Positions 19,616 to 31,200 of a stretch of 37,603 bases of DNA are shown in pieces (the stretch's first letter is position 1; the number at the start of each line of letters is the position of its first letter). The stretch is from sequence record PV223881. One strand, written 5' to 3'. A program made the position numbers and the translations under genes. This DNA comes from Escherichia phage T7. A model generated the notes under the pieces. The model searched no databases and had not been told where the DNA came from. It saw only the letters and a list, made by a program, of their open reading frames with translations.

Positions 19616-20539
19616 ATGGCTGAATCTAATGCAGACGTATATGCATCTTTTGGCGTGAACTCCGCTGTGATGTCTGGTGGTTCCGTTGAGGAACATGAGC
19701 AGAACATGCTGGCTCTTGATGTTGCTGCCCGTGATGGCGATGATGCAATCGAGTTAGCGTCAGACGAAGTGGAAACAGAACGTGACCTGTATGACAACTC
19801 TGACCCGTTCGGTCAAGAGGATGACGAAGGCCGCATTCAGGTTCGTATCGGTGATGGCTCTGAGCCGACCGATGTGGACACTGGAGAAGAAGGCGTTGAG
19901 GGCACCGAAGGTTCCGAAGAGTTTACCCCACTGGGCGAGACTCCAGAAGAACTGGTAGCTGCCTCTGAGCAACTTGGTGAGCACGAAGAGGGCTTCCAAG
20001 AGATGATTAACATTGCTGCTGAGCGTGGCATGAGTGTCGAGACCATTGAGGCTATCCAGCGTGAGTACGAGGAGAACGAAGAGTTGTCCGCCGAGTCCTA
20101 CGCTAAGCTGGCTGAAATTGGCTACACGAAGGCTTTCATTGACTCGTATATCCGTGGTCAAGAAGCTCTGGTGGAGCAGTACGTAAACAGTGTCATTGAG
20201 TACGCTGGTGGTCGTGAACGTTTTGATGCACTGTATAACCACCTTGAGACGCACAACCCTGAGGCTGCACAGTCGCTGGATAATGCGTTGACCAATCGTG
20301 ACTTAGCGACCGTTAAGGCTATCATCAACTTGGCTGGTGAGTCTCGCGCTAAGGCGTTCGGTCGTAAGCCAACTCGTAGTGTGACTAATCGTGCTATTCC
20401 GGCTAAACCTCAGGCTACCAAGCGTGAAGGCTTTGCGGACAGTAGCGAGATGATTAAAGCTATGAGTGACCCTCGGTATCGCACAGATGCCAACTATCGT
20501 CGTCAAGTCGAACAGAAAGTAATCGATTCGAACTTCTGA
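19616..20539 (+). CDS. 9: Capsid assembly (scaffolding) protein gp9
   Basis: 307-aa acidic ORF MAESNADVYASFGVNSAVMSGGSVEEHEQNMLALD... Confidence 0.96.
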   Translation: MAESNADVYASFGVNSAVMSGGSVEEHEQNMLALDVAARDGDDAIELASDEVETERDLYDNSDPFGQEDDEGRIQVRIGDGSEPTDVDTGEEGVEGTEGSEEFTPLGETPEELVAASEQLGEHEEGFQEMINIAAERGMSVETIEAIQREYEENEELSAESYAKLAEIGYTKAFIDSYIRGQEALVEQYVNSVIEYAGGRERFDALYNHLETHNPEAAQSLDNALTNRDLATVKAIINLAGESRAKAFGRKPTRSVTNRAIPAKPQATKREGFADSSEMIKAMSDPRYRTDANYRRQVEQKVIDSNF

Positions 20540-20552
20540 TAGACTTCGAAAT

Positions 20553-20575
20553 TAATACGACTCACTATAGGGAGA
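20553..20575 (+). promoter_or_regulatory. T7 class III promoter phi10
   Basis: taatacgactcactatagggaga followed by the gene 10 leader stem-loop. Confidence 0.92.
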
Positions 20576-20632
20576 CCACAACGGTTTCCCTCTAGAAATA
20601 ATTTTGTTTAACTTTAAGAAGGAGATATACAT

Positions 20633-21670
20633 ATGGCTAGCATGACTGGTGGACAGCAAATGGGTACTAACCAAGGTAAAGGTGTAGTTGCTGCTGGAGA
20701 TAAACTGGCGTTGTTCTTGAAGGTATTTGGCGGTGAAGTCCTGACTGCGTTCGCTCGTACCTCCGTGACCACTTCTCGCCACATGGTACGTTCCATCTCC
20801 AGCGGTAAATCCGCTCAGTTCCCTGTTCTGGGTCGCACTCAGGCAGCGTATCTGGCTCCGGGCGAGAACCTCGACGATAAACGTAAGGACATCAAACACA
20901 CCGAGAAGGTAATCACCATTGACGGTCTCCTGACGGCTGACGTTCTGATTTATGATATTGAGGACGCGATGAACCACTACGACGTTCGCTCTGAGTATAC
21001 CTCTCAGTTGGGTGAATCTCTGGCGATGGCTGCGGATGGTGCGGTTCTGGCTGAGATTGCCGGTCTGTGTAACGTGGAAAGCAAATATAATGAGAACATC
21101 GAGGGCTTAGGTACTGCTACCGTAATTGAGACCACTCAGAACAAGGCCGCACTTACCGACCAAGTTGCGCTGGGTAAGGAGATTATTGCGGCTCTGACTA
21201 AGGCTCGTGCGGCTCTGACCAAGAACTATGTTCCGGCTGCTGACCGTGTGTTCTACTGTGACCCAGATAGCTACTCTGCGATTCTGGCAGCACTGATGCC
21301 GAACGCAGCAAACTACGCTGCTCTGATTGACCCTGAGAAGGGTTCTATCCGCAACGTTATGGGCTTTGAGGTTGTAGAAGTTCCGCACCTCACCGCTGGT
21401 GGTGCTGGTACCGCTCGTGAGGGCACTACTGGTCAGAAGCACGTCTTCCCTGCCAATAAAGGTGAGGGTAATGTCAAGGTTGCTAAGGACAACGTTATCG
21501 GCCTGTTCATGCACCGCTCTGCGGTAGGTACTGTTAAGCTGCGTGACTTGGCTCTGGAGCGCGCTCGCCGTGCTAACTTCCAAGCGGACCAGATTATCGC
21601 TAAGTACGCAATGGGCCACGGTGGTCTTCGCCCAGAAGCTGCTGGTGCAGTGGTTTTCAAAGTGGAGTAA
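20633..21670 (+). CDS. 10A: Major capsid protein gp10A
   Basis: 345-aa ORF MASMTGGQQMGTNQGKGVVAAGDKLALFLKVFGG...AVVFKVE. Confidence 0.98.
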   Translation: MASMTGGQQMGTNQGKGVVAAGDKLALFLKVFGGEVLTAFARTSVTTSRHMVRSISSGKSAQFPVLGRTQAAYLAPGENLDDKRKDIKHTEKVITIDGLLTADVLIYDIEDAMNHYDVRSEYTSQLGESLAMAADGAVLAEIAGLCNVESKYNENIEGLGTATVIETTQNKAALTDQVALGKEIIAALTKARAALTKNYVPAADRVFYCDPDSYSAILAALMPNAANYAALIDPEKGSIRNVMGFEVVEVPHLTAGGAGTAREGTTGQKHVFPANKGEGNVKVAKDNVIGLFMHRSAVGTVKLRDLALERARRANFQADQIIAKYAMGHGGLRPEAAGAVVFKVE

Positions 21671-21828
21671 TGCTGGGGGTGGCCTCAACGGTCGCTGCTA
21701 GTCCCGAAGAGGCGAGTGTTACTTCAACAGAAGAAACCTTAACGCCAGCACAGAAGGCCGCACGCACCCGCGCTGCTAACAAAGCCCGAAAGGAAGCTGA
21801 GTTGACTGCTGCCACCGCTGAGCAATAA
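20633..21828 (+). CDS. 10B: Minor capsid protein gp10B, made by programmed -1 frameshift near the end of 10A
   Basis: -1 frame stays open past the 10A stop to TAA at 21826-21828; slippery ggttttc run near 21653. Confidence 0.75.
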
Positions 21829-21876
21829 CTAGCATAACCCCTTGGGGCCTCTAAACGGGTCTTGAGGGGTTTTTTG
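21829..21876 (+). terminator. T7 RNAP terminator Tphi
   Basis: ctagcataaccccttggggcctctaaacgggtcttgaggggttttttg. Confidence 0.92.
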
Positions 21877-21893
21877 CTGAAAGGAGGAACTAT

Positions 21894-22484
21894 ATGCGCT
21901 CATGCGATATGAACGTTGAGACTGCCGCTGAGTTATCAGCTGTGAACGACATTCTGGCGTCTATCGGTGAACCTCCGGTATCAACGCTGGAAGGTGACGC
22001 TAACGCAGATGTAGCGAACGCTCGGCGTATTCTCAACAAGATTAACCGACAGATTCAATCTCGTGGATGGACGTTCAACATTGAGGAAGGCATAACGCTA
22101 CTACCTGATGTTTACTCCAACCTGATTGTATACAGTGACGACTATTTATCCCTAATGTCTACTTCCGGTCAATCCATCTACGTTAACCGAGGTGGCTATG
22201 TGTATGACCGAACGAGTCAATCAGACCGCTTTGACTCTGGTATTACTGTGAACATTATTCGTCTCCGCGACTACGATGAGATGCCTGAGTGCTTCCGTTA
22301 CTGGATTGTCACCAAGGCTTCCCGTCAGTTCAACAACCGATTCTTTGGGGCACCGGAAGTAGAGGGTGTACTCCAAGAAGAGGAAGATGAGGCTAGACGT
22401 CTCTGCATGGAGTATGAGATGGACTACGGTGGGTACAATATGCTGGATGGAGATGCGTTCACTTCTGGTCTACTGACTCGCTAA
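21894..22484 (+). CDS. 11: Tail tubular protein A gp11
   Basis: 196-aa [38 protein letters not shown]... Confidence 0.96.
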   Translation: MRSCDMNVETAAELSAVNDILASIGEPPVSTLEGDANADVANARRILNKINRQIQSRGWTFNIEEGITLLPDVYSNLIVYSDDYLSLMSTSGQSIYVNRGGYVYDRTSQSDRFDSGITVNIIRLRDYDEMPECFRYWIVTKASRQFNNRFFGAPEVEGVLQEEEDEARRLCMEYEMDYGGYNMLDGDAFTSGLLTR

Positions 22485-22507
22485 CATTAATAAATAAGGA
22501 GGCTCTA

Positions 22508-24892
22508 ATGGCACTCATTAGCCAATCAATCAAGAACTTGAAGGGTGGTATCAGCCAACAGCCTGACATCCTTCGTTATCCAGACCAAGGGTCACGCCAA
22601 GTTAACGGTTGGTCTTCGGAGACCGAGGGCCTCCAAAAGCGTCCACCTCTTGTTTTCTTAAATACACTTGGAGACAACGGTGCGTTAGGTCAAGCTCCGT
22701 ACATCCACCTGATTAACCGAGATGAGCACGAACAGTATTACGCTGTGTTCACTGGTAGCGGAATCCGAGTGTTCGACCTTTCTGGTAACGAGAAGCAAGT
22801 TAGGTATCCTAACGGTTCCAACTACATCAAGACCGCTAATCCACGTAACGACCTGCGAATGGTTACTGTAGCAGACTATACGTTCATCGTTAACCGTAAC
22901 GTTGTTGCACAGAAGAACACAAAGTCTGTCAACTTACCGAATTACAACCCTAATCAAGACGGATTGATTAACGTTCGTGGTGGTCAGTATGGTAGGGAAC
23001 TAATTGTACACATTAACGGTAAAGACGTTGCGAAGTATAAGATACCAGATGGTAGTCAACCTGAACACGTAAACAATACGGATGCCCAATGGTTAGCTGA
23101 AGAGTTAGCCAAGCAGATGCGCACTAACTTGTCTGATTGGACTGTAAATGTAGGGCAAGGGTTCATCCATGTGACCGCACCTAGTGGTCAACAGATTGAC
23201 TCCTTCACGACTAAAGATGGCTACGCAGACCAGTTGATTAACCCTGTGACCCACTACGCTCAGTCGTTCTCTAAGCTGCCACCTAATGCTCCTAACGGCT
23301 ACATGGTGAAAATCGTAGGGGACGCCTCTAAGTCTGCCGACCAGTATTACGTTCGGTATGACGCTGAGCGGAAAGTTTGGACTGAGACTTTAGGTTGGAA
23401 CACTGAGGACCAAGTTCTATGGGAAACCATGCCACACGCTCTTGTGCGAGCCGCTGACGGTAATTTCGACTTCAAGTGGCTTGAGTGGTCTCCTAAGTCT
23501 TGTGGTGACGTTGACACCAACCCTTGGCCTTCTTTTGTTGGTTCAAGTATTAACGATGTGTTCTTCTTCCGTAACCGCTTAGGATTCCTTAGTGGGGAGA
23601 ACATCATATTGAGTCGTACAGCCAAATACTTCAACTTCTACCCTGCGTCCATTGCGAACCTTAGTGATGACGACCCTATAGACGTAGCTGTGAGTACCAA
23701 CCGAATAGCAATCCTTAAGTACGCCGTTCCGTTCTCAGAAGAGTTACTCATCTGGTCCGATGAAGCACAATTCGTCCTGACTGCCTCGGGTACTCTCACA
23801 TCTAAGTCGGTTGAGTTGAACCTAACGACCCAGTTTGACGTACAGGACCGAGCGAGACCTTTTGGGATTGGGCGTAATGTCTACTTTGCTAGTCCGAGGT
23901 CCAGCTTCACGTCCATCCACAGGTACTACGCTGTGCAGGATGTCAGTTCCGTTAAGAATGCTGAGGACATTACATCACACGTTCCTAACTACATCCCTAA
24001 TGGTGTGTTCAGTATTTGCGGAAGTGGTACGGAAAACTTCTGTTCGGTACTATCTCACGGGGACCCTAGTAAAATCTTCATGTACAAATTCCTGTACCTG
24101 AACGAAGAGTTAAGGCAACAGTCGTGGTCTCATTGGGACTTTGGGGAAAACGTACAGGTTCTAGCTTGTCAGAGTATCAGCTCAGATATGTATGTGATTC
24201 TTCGCAATGAGTTCAATACGTTCCTAGCTAGAATCTCTTTCACTAAGAACGCCATTGACTTACAGGGAGAACCCTATCGTGCCTTTATGGACATGAAGAT
24301 TCGATACACGATTCCTAGTGGAACATACAACGATGACACATTCACTACCTCTATTCATATTCCAACAATTTATGGTGCAAACTTCGGGAGGGGCAAAATC
24401 ACTGTATTGGAGCCTGATGGTAAGATAACCGTGTTTGAGCAACCTACGGCTGGGTGGAATAGCGACCCTTGGCTGAGACTCAGCGGTAACTTGGAGGGAC
24501 GCATGGTGTACATTGGGTTCAACATTAACTTCGTATATGAGTTCTCTAAGTTCCTCATCAAGCAGACTGCCGACGACGGGTCTACCTCCACGGAAGACAT
24601 TGGGCGCTTACAGTTACGCCGAGCGTGGGTTAACTACGAGAACTCTGGTACGTTTGACATTTATGTTGAGAACCAATCGTCTAACTGGAAGTACACAATG
24701 ACTGGTGCCCGATTAGGCTCTAACACTCTGAGGGCTGGGAGACTGAACTTAGGGACCGGACAATATCGATTCCCTGTGGTTGGTAACGCCAAGTTCAACA
24801 CTGTATACATCTTGTCAGATGAGACTACCCCTCTGAACATCATTGGGTGTGGCTGGGAAGGTAACTACTTACGGAGAAGTTCCGGTATTTAA
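22508..24892 (+). CDS. 12: Tail tubular protein B gp12
   Basis: 794-aa ORF MALISQSIKNLKGGISQQPDILRYPDQGSRQVNGW... Confidence 0.97.
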   Translation: MALISQSIKNLKGGISQQPDILRYPDQGSRQVNGWSSETEGLQKRPPLVFLNTLGDNGALGQAPYIHLINRDEHEQYYAVFTGSGIRVFDLSGNEKQVRYPNGSNYIKTANPRNDLRMVTVADYTFIVNRNVVAQKNTKSVNLPNYNPNQDGLINVRGGQYGRELIVHINGKDVAKYKIPDGSQPEHVNNTDAQWLAEELAKQMRTNLSDWTVNVGQGFIHVTAPSGQQIDSFTTKDGYADQLINPVTHYAQSFSKLPPNAPNGYMVKIVGDASKSADQYYVRYDAERKVWTETLGWNTEDQVLWETMPHALVRAADGNFDFKWLEWSPKSCGDVDTNPWPSFVGSSINDVFFFRNRLGFLSGENIILSRTAKYFNFYPASIANLSDDDPIDVAVSTNRIAILKYAVPFSEELLIWSDEAQFVLTASGTLTSKSVELNLTTQFDVQDRARPFGIGRNVYFASPRSSFTSIHRYYAVQDVSSVKNAEDITSHVPNYIPNGVFSICGSGTENFCSVLSHGDPSKIFMYKFLYLNEELRQQSWSHWDFGENVQVLACQSISSDMYVILRNEFNTFLARISFTKNAIDLQGEPYRAFMDMKIRYTIPSGTYNDDTFTTSIHIPTIYGANFGRGKITVLEPDGKITVFEQPTAGWNSDPWLRLSGNLEGRMVYIGFNINFVYEFSKFLIKQTADDGSTSTEDIGRLQLRRAWVNYENSGTFDIYVENQSSNWKYTMTGARLGSNTLRAGRLNLGTGQYRFPVVGNAKFNTVYILSDETTPLNIIGCGWEGNYLRRSSGI

Positions 24893-24894
24893 TT

Positions 24895-24970
24895 AAATAT
24901 TCTCCCTGTGGTGGCTCGAAATTAATACGACTCACTATAGGGAGAACAATACGACTACGGGAGGGTTTTC
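24895..24970 (+). promoter_or_regulatory. RNase III site R13 region (predicted from position; overlaps phi13)
   Basis: Leader around phi13; structure not computed. Confidence 0.35.
24923..24945 (+). promoter_or_regulatory. T7 class III promoter phi13
   Basis: taatacgactcactatagggaga. Confidence 0.9.
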
Positions 24971-24972
24971 TT

Positions 24973-25389
24973 ATGATGACTATAAGACCTACTAAAAGTA
25001 CAGACTTTGAGGTATTCACTCCGGCTCACCATGACATTCTTGAAGCTAAGGCTGCTGGTATTGAGCCGAGTTTCCCTGATGCTTCCGAGTGTGTCACGTT
25101 GAGCCTCTATGGGTTCCCTCTAGCTATCGGTGGTAACTGCGGGGACCAGTGCTGGTTCGTTACGAGCGACCAAGTGTGGCGACTTAGTGGAAAGGCTAAG
25201 CGAAAGTTCCGTAAGTTAATCATGGAGTATCGCGATAAGATGCTTGAGAAGTATGATACTCTTTGGAATTACGTATGGGTAGGCAATACGTCCCACATTC
25301 GTTTCCTCAAGACTATCGGTGCGGTATTCCATGAAGAGTACACACGAGATGGTCAATTTCAGTTATTTACAATCACGAAAGGAGGATAA
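24973..25389 (+). CDS. 13: Internal virion protein gp13
   Basis: 138-aa ORF MMTIRPTKSTDFEVFTPAHHDILEAKAAGIEPSFPD... Confidence 0.93.
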   Translation: MMTIRPTKSTDFEVFTPAHHDILEAKAAGIEPSFPDASECVTLSLYGFPLAIGGNCGDQCWFVTSDQVWRLSGKAKRKFRKLIMEYRDKMLEKYDTLWNYVWVGNTSHIRFLKTIGAVFHEEYTRDGQFQLFTITKGG

Positions 25390-25393
25390 CCAT

Positions 25394-25984
25394 ATGTGTT
25401 GGGCAGCCGCAATACCTATCGCTATATCTGGCGCTCAGGCTATCAGTGATCAGAACGCTCAGGCCAAAATGATTGCCGCTCAGACCGCTGCTGGTCGTCG
25501 TCAAGCTATGGAAATCATGAGGCAGACGAACATCCAGAATGCTGACCTATCGTTGTCAGCTCGAAGTAAACTTGAGGAAGCGTCCGCCGAGTTGACCTCA
25601 CAGAACATGCAGAAGGTCCAAGCTATTGGGTCTATCCGAGCGGCTATCGGAGAGAGTATGCTTGAAGGTTCCTCAATGGACCGCATTAAGCGAGTCACAG
25701 AAGGACAGTTCATTCGGGAAGCCAATATGGTAACTGAGAACTATCGCCGTGACTACCAAGCAATCTTCGCACAGCAACTTGGTGGTACTCAAAGTGCTGC
25801 AAGTCAGATTGACGAAATCTATAAGAGCGAACAGAAACAGAAGAGTAAGCTACAGATGGTTCTGGACCCACTGGCTATCATGGGGTCTTCCGCTGCGAGT
25901 GCTTACGCATCCGGTGCGTTCGACTCTAAGTCCACAACTAAGGCACCTATTGTTGCCGCTAAAGGAACCAAGACGGGGAGGTAA
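25394..25984 (+). CDS. 14: Internal core protein gp14
   Basis: ATG 25394 after ggagg SD; MCWAAAIPIAISGAQAISDQNAQAKMIAAQTAAG... 196 aa. Confidence 0.93.
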   Translation: MCWAAAIPIAISGAQAISDQNAQAKMIAAQTAAGRRQAMEIMRQTNIQNADLSLSARSKLEEASAELTSQNMQKVQAIGSIRAAIGESMLEGSSMDRIKRVTEGQFIREANMVTENYRRDYQAIFAQQLGGTQSAASQIDEIYKSEQKQKSKLQMVLDPLAIMGSSAASAYASGAFDSKSTTKAPIVAAKGTKTGR

Positions 25985-25990
25985 TGAGCT

Positions 25991-28234
25991 ATGAGTAAAA
26001 TTGAATCTGCCCTTCAAGCGGCACAACCGGGACTCTCTCGGTTACGTGGTGGTGCTGGAGGTATGGGCTATCGTGCAGCAACCACTCAGGCCGAACAGCC
26101 AAGGTCAAGCCTATTGGACACCATTGGTCGGTTCGCTAAGGCTGGTGCCGATATGTATACCGCTAAGGAACAACGAGCACGAGACCTAGCTGATGAACGC
26201 TCTAACGAGATTATCCGTAAGCTGACCCCTGAGCAACGTCGAGAAGCTCTCAACAACGGGACCCTTCTGTATCAGGATGACCCATACGCTATGGAAGCAC
26301 TCCGAGTCAAGACTGGTCGTAACGCTGCGTATCTTGTGGACGATGACGTTATGCAGAAGATAAAAGAGGGTGTCTTCCGTACTCGCGAAGAGATGGAAGA
26401 GTATCGCCATAGTCGCCTTCAAGAGGGCGCTAAGGTATACGCTGAGCAGTTCGGCATCGACCCTGAGGACGTTGATTATCAGCGTGGTTTCAACGGGGAC
26501 ATTACCGAGCGTAACATCTCGCTGTATGGTGCGCATGATAACTTCTTGAGCCAGCAAGCTCAGAAGGGCGCTATCATGAACAGCCGAGTGGAACTCAACG
26601 GTGTCCTTCAAGACCCTGATATGCTGCGTCGTCCAGACTCTGCTGACTTCTTTGAGAAGTATATCGACAACGGTCTGGTTACTGGCGCAATCCCATCTGA
26701 TGCTCAAGCCACACAGCTTATAAGCCAAGCGTTCAGTGACGCTTCTAGCCGTGCTGGTGGTGCTGACTTCCTGATGCGAGTCGGTGACAAGAAGGTAACA
26801 CTTAACGGAGCCACTACGACTTACCGAGAGTTGATTGGTGAGGAACAGTGGAACGCTCTCATGGTCACAGCACAACGTTCTCAGTTTGAGACTGACGCGA
26901 AGCTGAACGAGCAGTATCGCTTGGAGATTAACTCTGCGCTGAACCAAGAGGACCCAAGGACAGCTTGGGAGATGCTTCAAGGTATCAAGGCTGAACTAGA
27001 TAAGGTCCAACCTGATGAGCAGATGACACCACAACGTGAGTGGCTAATCTCCGCACAGGAACAAGTTCAGAATCAGATGAACGCATGGACGAAAGCTCAG
27101 GCCAAGGCTCTGGACGATTCCATGAAGTCAATGAACAAACTTGACGTAATCGACAAGCAATTCCAGAAGCGAATCAACGGTGAGTGGGTCTCAACGGATT
27201 TTAAGGATATGCCAGTCAACGAGAACACTGGTGAGTTCAAGCATAGCGATATGGTTAACTACGCCAATAAGAAGCTCGCTGAGATTGACAGTATGGACAT
27301 TCCAGACGGTGCCAAGGATGCTATGAAGTTGAAGTACCTTCAAGCGGACTCTAAGGACGGAGCATTCCGTACAGCCATCGGAACCATGGTCACTGACGCT
27401 GGTCAAGAGTGGTCTGCCGCTGTGATTAACGGTAAGTTACCAGAACGAACCCCAGCTATGGATGCTCTGCGCAGAATCCGCAATGCTGACCCTCAGTTGA
27501 TTGCTGCGCTATACCCAGACCAAGCTGAGCTATTCCTGACGATGGACATGATGGACAAGCAGGGTATTGACCCTCAGGTTATTCTTGATGCCGACCGACT
27601 GACTGTTAAGCGGTCCAAAGAGCAACGCTTTGAGGATGATAAAGCATTCGAGTCTGCACTGAATGCATCTAAGGCTCCTGAGATTGCCCGTATGCCAGCG
27701 TCACTGCGCGAATCTGCACGTAAGATTTATGACTCCGTTAAGTATCGCTCGGGGAACGAAAGCATGGCTATGGAGCAGATGACCAAGTTCCTTAAGGAAT
27801 CTACCTACACGTTCACTGGTGATGATGTTGACGGTGATACCGTTGGTGTGATTCCTAAGAATATGATGCAGGTTAACTCTGACCCGAAATCATGGGAGCA
27901 AGGTCGGGATATTCTGGAGGAAGCACGTAAGGGAATCATTGCGAGCAACCCTTGGATAACCAATAAGCAACTGACCATGTATTCTCAAGGTGACTCCATT
28001 TACCTTATGGACACCACAGGTCAAGTCAGAGTCCGATACGACAAAGAGTTACTCTCGAAGGTCTGGAGTGAGAACCAGAAGAAACTCGAAGAGAAAGCTC
28101 GTGAGAAGGCTCTGGCTGATGTGAACAAGCGAGCACCTATAGTTGCCGCTACGAAGGCCCGTGAAGCTGCTGCTAAACGAGTCCGAGAGAAACGTAAACA
28201 GACTCCTAAGTTCATCTACGGACGTAAGGAGTAA
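25991..28234 (+). CDS. 15: Internal core protein gp15
   Basis: 747-aa ORF MSKIESALQAAQPGLSRLRGGAGGMGYRAATTQAEQPR... Confidence 0.96.
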   Translation: MSKIESALQAAQPGLSRLRGGAGGMGYRAATTQAEQPRSSLLDTIGRFAKAGADMYTAKEQRARDLADERSNEIIRKLTPEQRREALNNGTLLYQDDPYAMEALRVKTGRNAAYLVDDDVMQKIKEGVFRTREEMEEYRHSRLQEGAKVYAEQFGIDPEDVDYQRGFNGDITERNISLYGAHDNFLSQQAQKGAIMNSRVELNGVLQDPDMLRRPDSADFFEKYIDNGLVTGAIPSDAQATQLISQAFSDASSRAGGADFLMRVGDKKVTLNGATTTYRELIGEEQWNALMVTAQRSQFETDAKLNEQYRLEINSALNQEDPRTAWEMLQGIKAELDKVQPDEQMTPQREWLISAQEQVQNQMNAWTKAQAKALDDSMKSMNKLDVIDKQFQKRINGEWVSTDFKDMPVNENTGEFKHSDMVNYANKKLAEIDSMDIPDGAKDAMKLKYLQADSKDGAFRTAIGTMVTDAGQEWSAAVINGKLPERTPAMDALRRIRNADPQLIAALYPDQAELFLTMDMMDKQGIDPQVILDADRLTVKRSKEQRFEDDKAFESALNASKAPEIARMPASLRESARKIYDSVKYRSGNESMAMEQMTKFLKESTYTFTGDDVDGDTVGVIPKNMMQVNSDPKSWEQGRDILEEARKGIIASNPWITNKQLTMYSQGDSIYLMDTTGQVRVRYDKELLSKVWSENQKKLEEKAREKALADVNKRAPIVAATKAREAAAKRVREKRKQTPKFIYGRKE

Positions 28235-28260
28235 CTAAAGGCTACATAAGGAGGCCCTAA

Positions 28261-31200
28261 ATGGATAAGTACGATAAGAACGTACCAAGTGATTATGATG
28301 GTCTGTTCCAAAAGGCTGCTGATGCCAACGGGGTCTCTTATGACCTTTTACGTAAAGTCGCTTGGACAGAATCACGATTTGTGCCTACAGCAAAATCTAA
28401 GACTGGACCATTAGGCATGATGCAATTTACCAAGGCAACCGCTAAGGCCCTCGGTCTGCGAGTTACCGATGGTCCAGACGACGACCGACTGAACCCTGAG
28501 TTAGCTATTAATGCTGCCGCTAAGCAACTTGCAGGTCTGGTAGGGAAGTTTGATGGCGATGAACTCAAAGCTGCCCTTGCGTACAACCAAGGCGAGGGAC
28601 GCTTGGGTAATCCACAACTTGAGGCGTACTCTAAGGGAGACTTCGCATCAATCTCTGAGGAGGGACGTAACTACATGCGTAACCTTCTGGATGTTGCTAA
28701 GTCACCTATGGCTGGACAGTTGGAAACTTTTGGTGGCATAACCCCAAAGGGTAAAGGCATTCCGGCTGAGGTAGGATTGGCTGGAATTGGTCACAAGCAG
28801 AAAGTAACACAGGAACTTCCTGAGTCCACAAGTTTTGACGTTAAGGGTATCGAACAGGAGGCTACGGCGAAACCATTCGCCAAGGACTTTTGGGAGACCC
28901 ACGGAGAAACACTTGACGAGTACAACAGTCGTTCAACCTTCTTCGGATTCAAAAATGCTGCCGAAGCTGAACTCTCCAACTCAGTCGCTGGGATGGCTTT
29001 CCGTGCTGGTCGTCTCGATAATGGTTTTGATGTGTTTAAAGACACCATTACGCCGACTCGCTGGAACTCTCACATCTGGACTCCAGAGGAGTTAGAGAAG
29101 ATTCGAACAGAGGTTAAGAACCCTGCGTACATCAACGTTGTAACTGGTGGTTCCCCTGAGAACCTCGATGACCTCATTAAATTGGCTAACGAGAACTTTG
29201 AGAATGACTCCCGCGCTGCCGAGGCTGGCCTAGGTGCCAAACTGAGTGCTGGTATTATTGGTGCTGGTGTGGACCCGCTTAGCTATGTTCCTATGGTCGG
29301 TGTCACTGGTAAGGGCTTTAAGTTAATCAATAAGGCTCTTGTAGTTGGTGCCGAAAGTGCTGCTCTGAACGTTGCATCCGAAGGTCTCCGTACCTCCGTA
29401 GCTGGTGGTGACGCAGACTATGCGGGTGCTGCCTTAGGTGGCTTTGTGTTTGGCGCTGGCATGTCTGCAATCAGTGACGCTGTAGCTGCTGGACTGAAAC
29501 GCAGTAAACCAGAAGCTGAGTTCGACAATGAGTTCATCGGTCCTATGATGCGATTGGAAGCCCGTGAGACAGCACGAAACGCCAACTCTGCGGACCTCTC
29601 TCGGATGAACACTGAGAACATGAAGTTTGAAGGTGAACATAATGGTGTCCCTTATGAGGACTTACCAACAGAGAGAGGTGCCGTGGTGTTACATGATGGC
29701 TCCGTTCTAAGTGCAAGCAACCCAATCAACCCTAAGACTCTAAAAGAGTTCTCCGAGGTTGACCCTGAGAAGGCTGCGCGAGGAATCAAACTGGCTGGGT
29801 TCACCGAGATTGGCTTGAAGACCTTGGGGTCTGACGATGCTGACATCCGTAGAGTGGCTATCGACCTCGTTCGCTCTCCTACTGGTATGCAGTCTGGTGC
29901 CTCAGGTAAGTTCGGTGCAACAGCTTCTGACATCCATGAGAGACTTCATGGTACTGACCAGCGTACTTATAATGACTTGTACAAAGCAATGTCTGACGCT
30001 ATGAAAGACCCTGAGTTCTCTACTGGCGGCGCTAAGATGTCCCGTGAAGAAACTCGATACACTATCTACCGTAGAGCGGCACTAGCTATTGAGCGTCCAG
30101 AACTACAGAAGGCACTCACTCCGTCTGAGAGAATCGTTATGGACATCATTAAGCGTCACTTTGACACCAAGCGTGAACTTATGGAAAACCCAGCAATATT
30201 CGGTAACACAAAGGCTGTGAGTATCTTCCCTGAGAGTCGCCACAAAGGTACTTACGTTCCTCACGTATATGACCGTCATGCCAAGGCGCTGATGATTCAA
30301 CGCTACGGTGCCGAAGGTTTGCAGGAAGGGATTGCCCGCTCATGGATGAACAGCTACGTCTCCAGACCTGAGGTCAAGGCCAGAGTCGATGAGATGCTTA
30401 AGGAATTACACGGGGTGAAGGAAGTAACACCAGAGATGGTAGAGAAGTACGCTATGGATAAGGCTTATGGTATCTCCCACTCAGACCAGTTCACCAACAG
30501 TTCCATAATAGAAGAGAACATTGAGGGCTTAGTAGGTATCGAGAATAACTCATTCCTTGAGGCACGTAACTTGTTTGATTCGGACCTATCCATCACTATG
30601 CCAGACGGACAGCAATTCTCAGTGAATGACCTAAGGGACTTCGATATGTTCCGCATCATGCCAGCGTATGACCGCCGTGTCAATGGTGACATCGCCATCA
30701 TGGGGTCTACTGGTAAAACCACTAAGGAACTTAAGGATGAGATTTTGGCTCTCAAAGCGAAAGCTGAGGGAGACGGTAAGAAGACTGGCGAGGTACATGC
30801 TTTAATGGATACCGTTAAGATTCTTACTGGTCGTGCTAGACGCAATCAGGACACTGTGTGGGAAACCTCACTGCGTGCCATCAATGACCTAGGGTTCTTC
30901 GCTAAGAACGCCTACATGGGTGCTCAGAACATTACGGAGATTGCTGGGATGATTGTCACTGGTAACGTTCGTGCTCTAGGGCATGGTATCCCAATTCTGC
31001 GTGATACACTCTACAAGTCTAAACCAGTTTCAGCTAAGGAACTCAAGGAACTCCATGCGTCTCTGTTCGGGAAGGAGGTGGACCAGTTGATTCGGCCTAA
31101 ACGTGCTGACATTGTGCAGCGCCTAAGGGAAGCAACTGATACCGGACCTGCCGTGGCGAACATCGTAGGGACCTTGAAGTATTCAACACAGGAACTGGCT

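Noticed and set aside
20633-21828. Capsid gene apparently continuing out of frame past its stop, suggesting a frameshift mutation or pseudogene
   Set aside because: This is the known programmed -1 frameshift producing 10B from 10A in T7; 10A is full length (345 aa)
26186-26980. 264-aa minus-strand ORF, plus many other minus-strand ORFs in the track (e.g. 766..1191, 15527..16009, 21107..21688)
   Set aside because: All lie antisense within well-supported + strand T7 genes and lack promoters or RBSs; T7 is transcribed only left to right, so these are chance open frames
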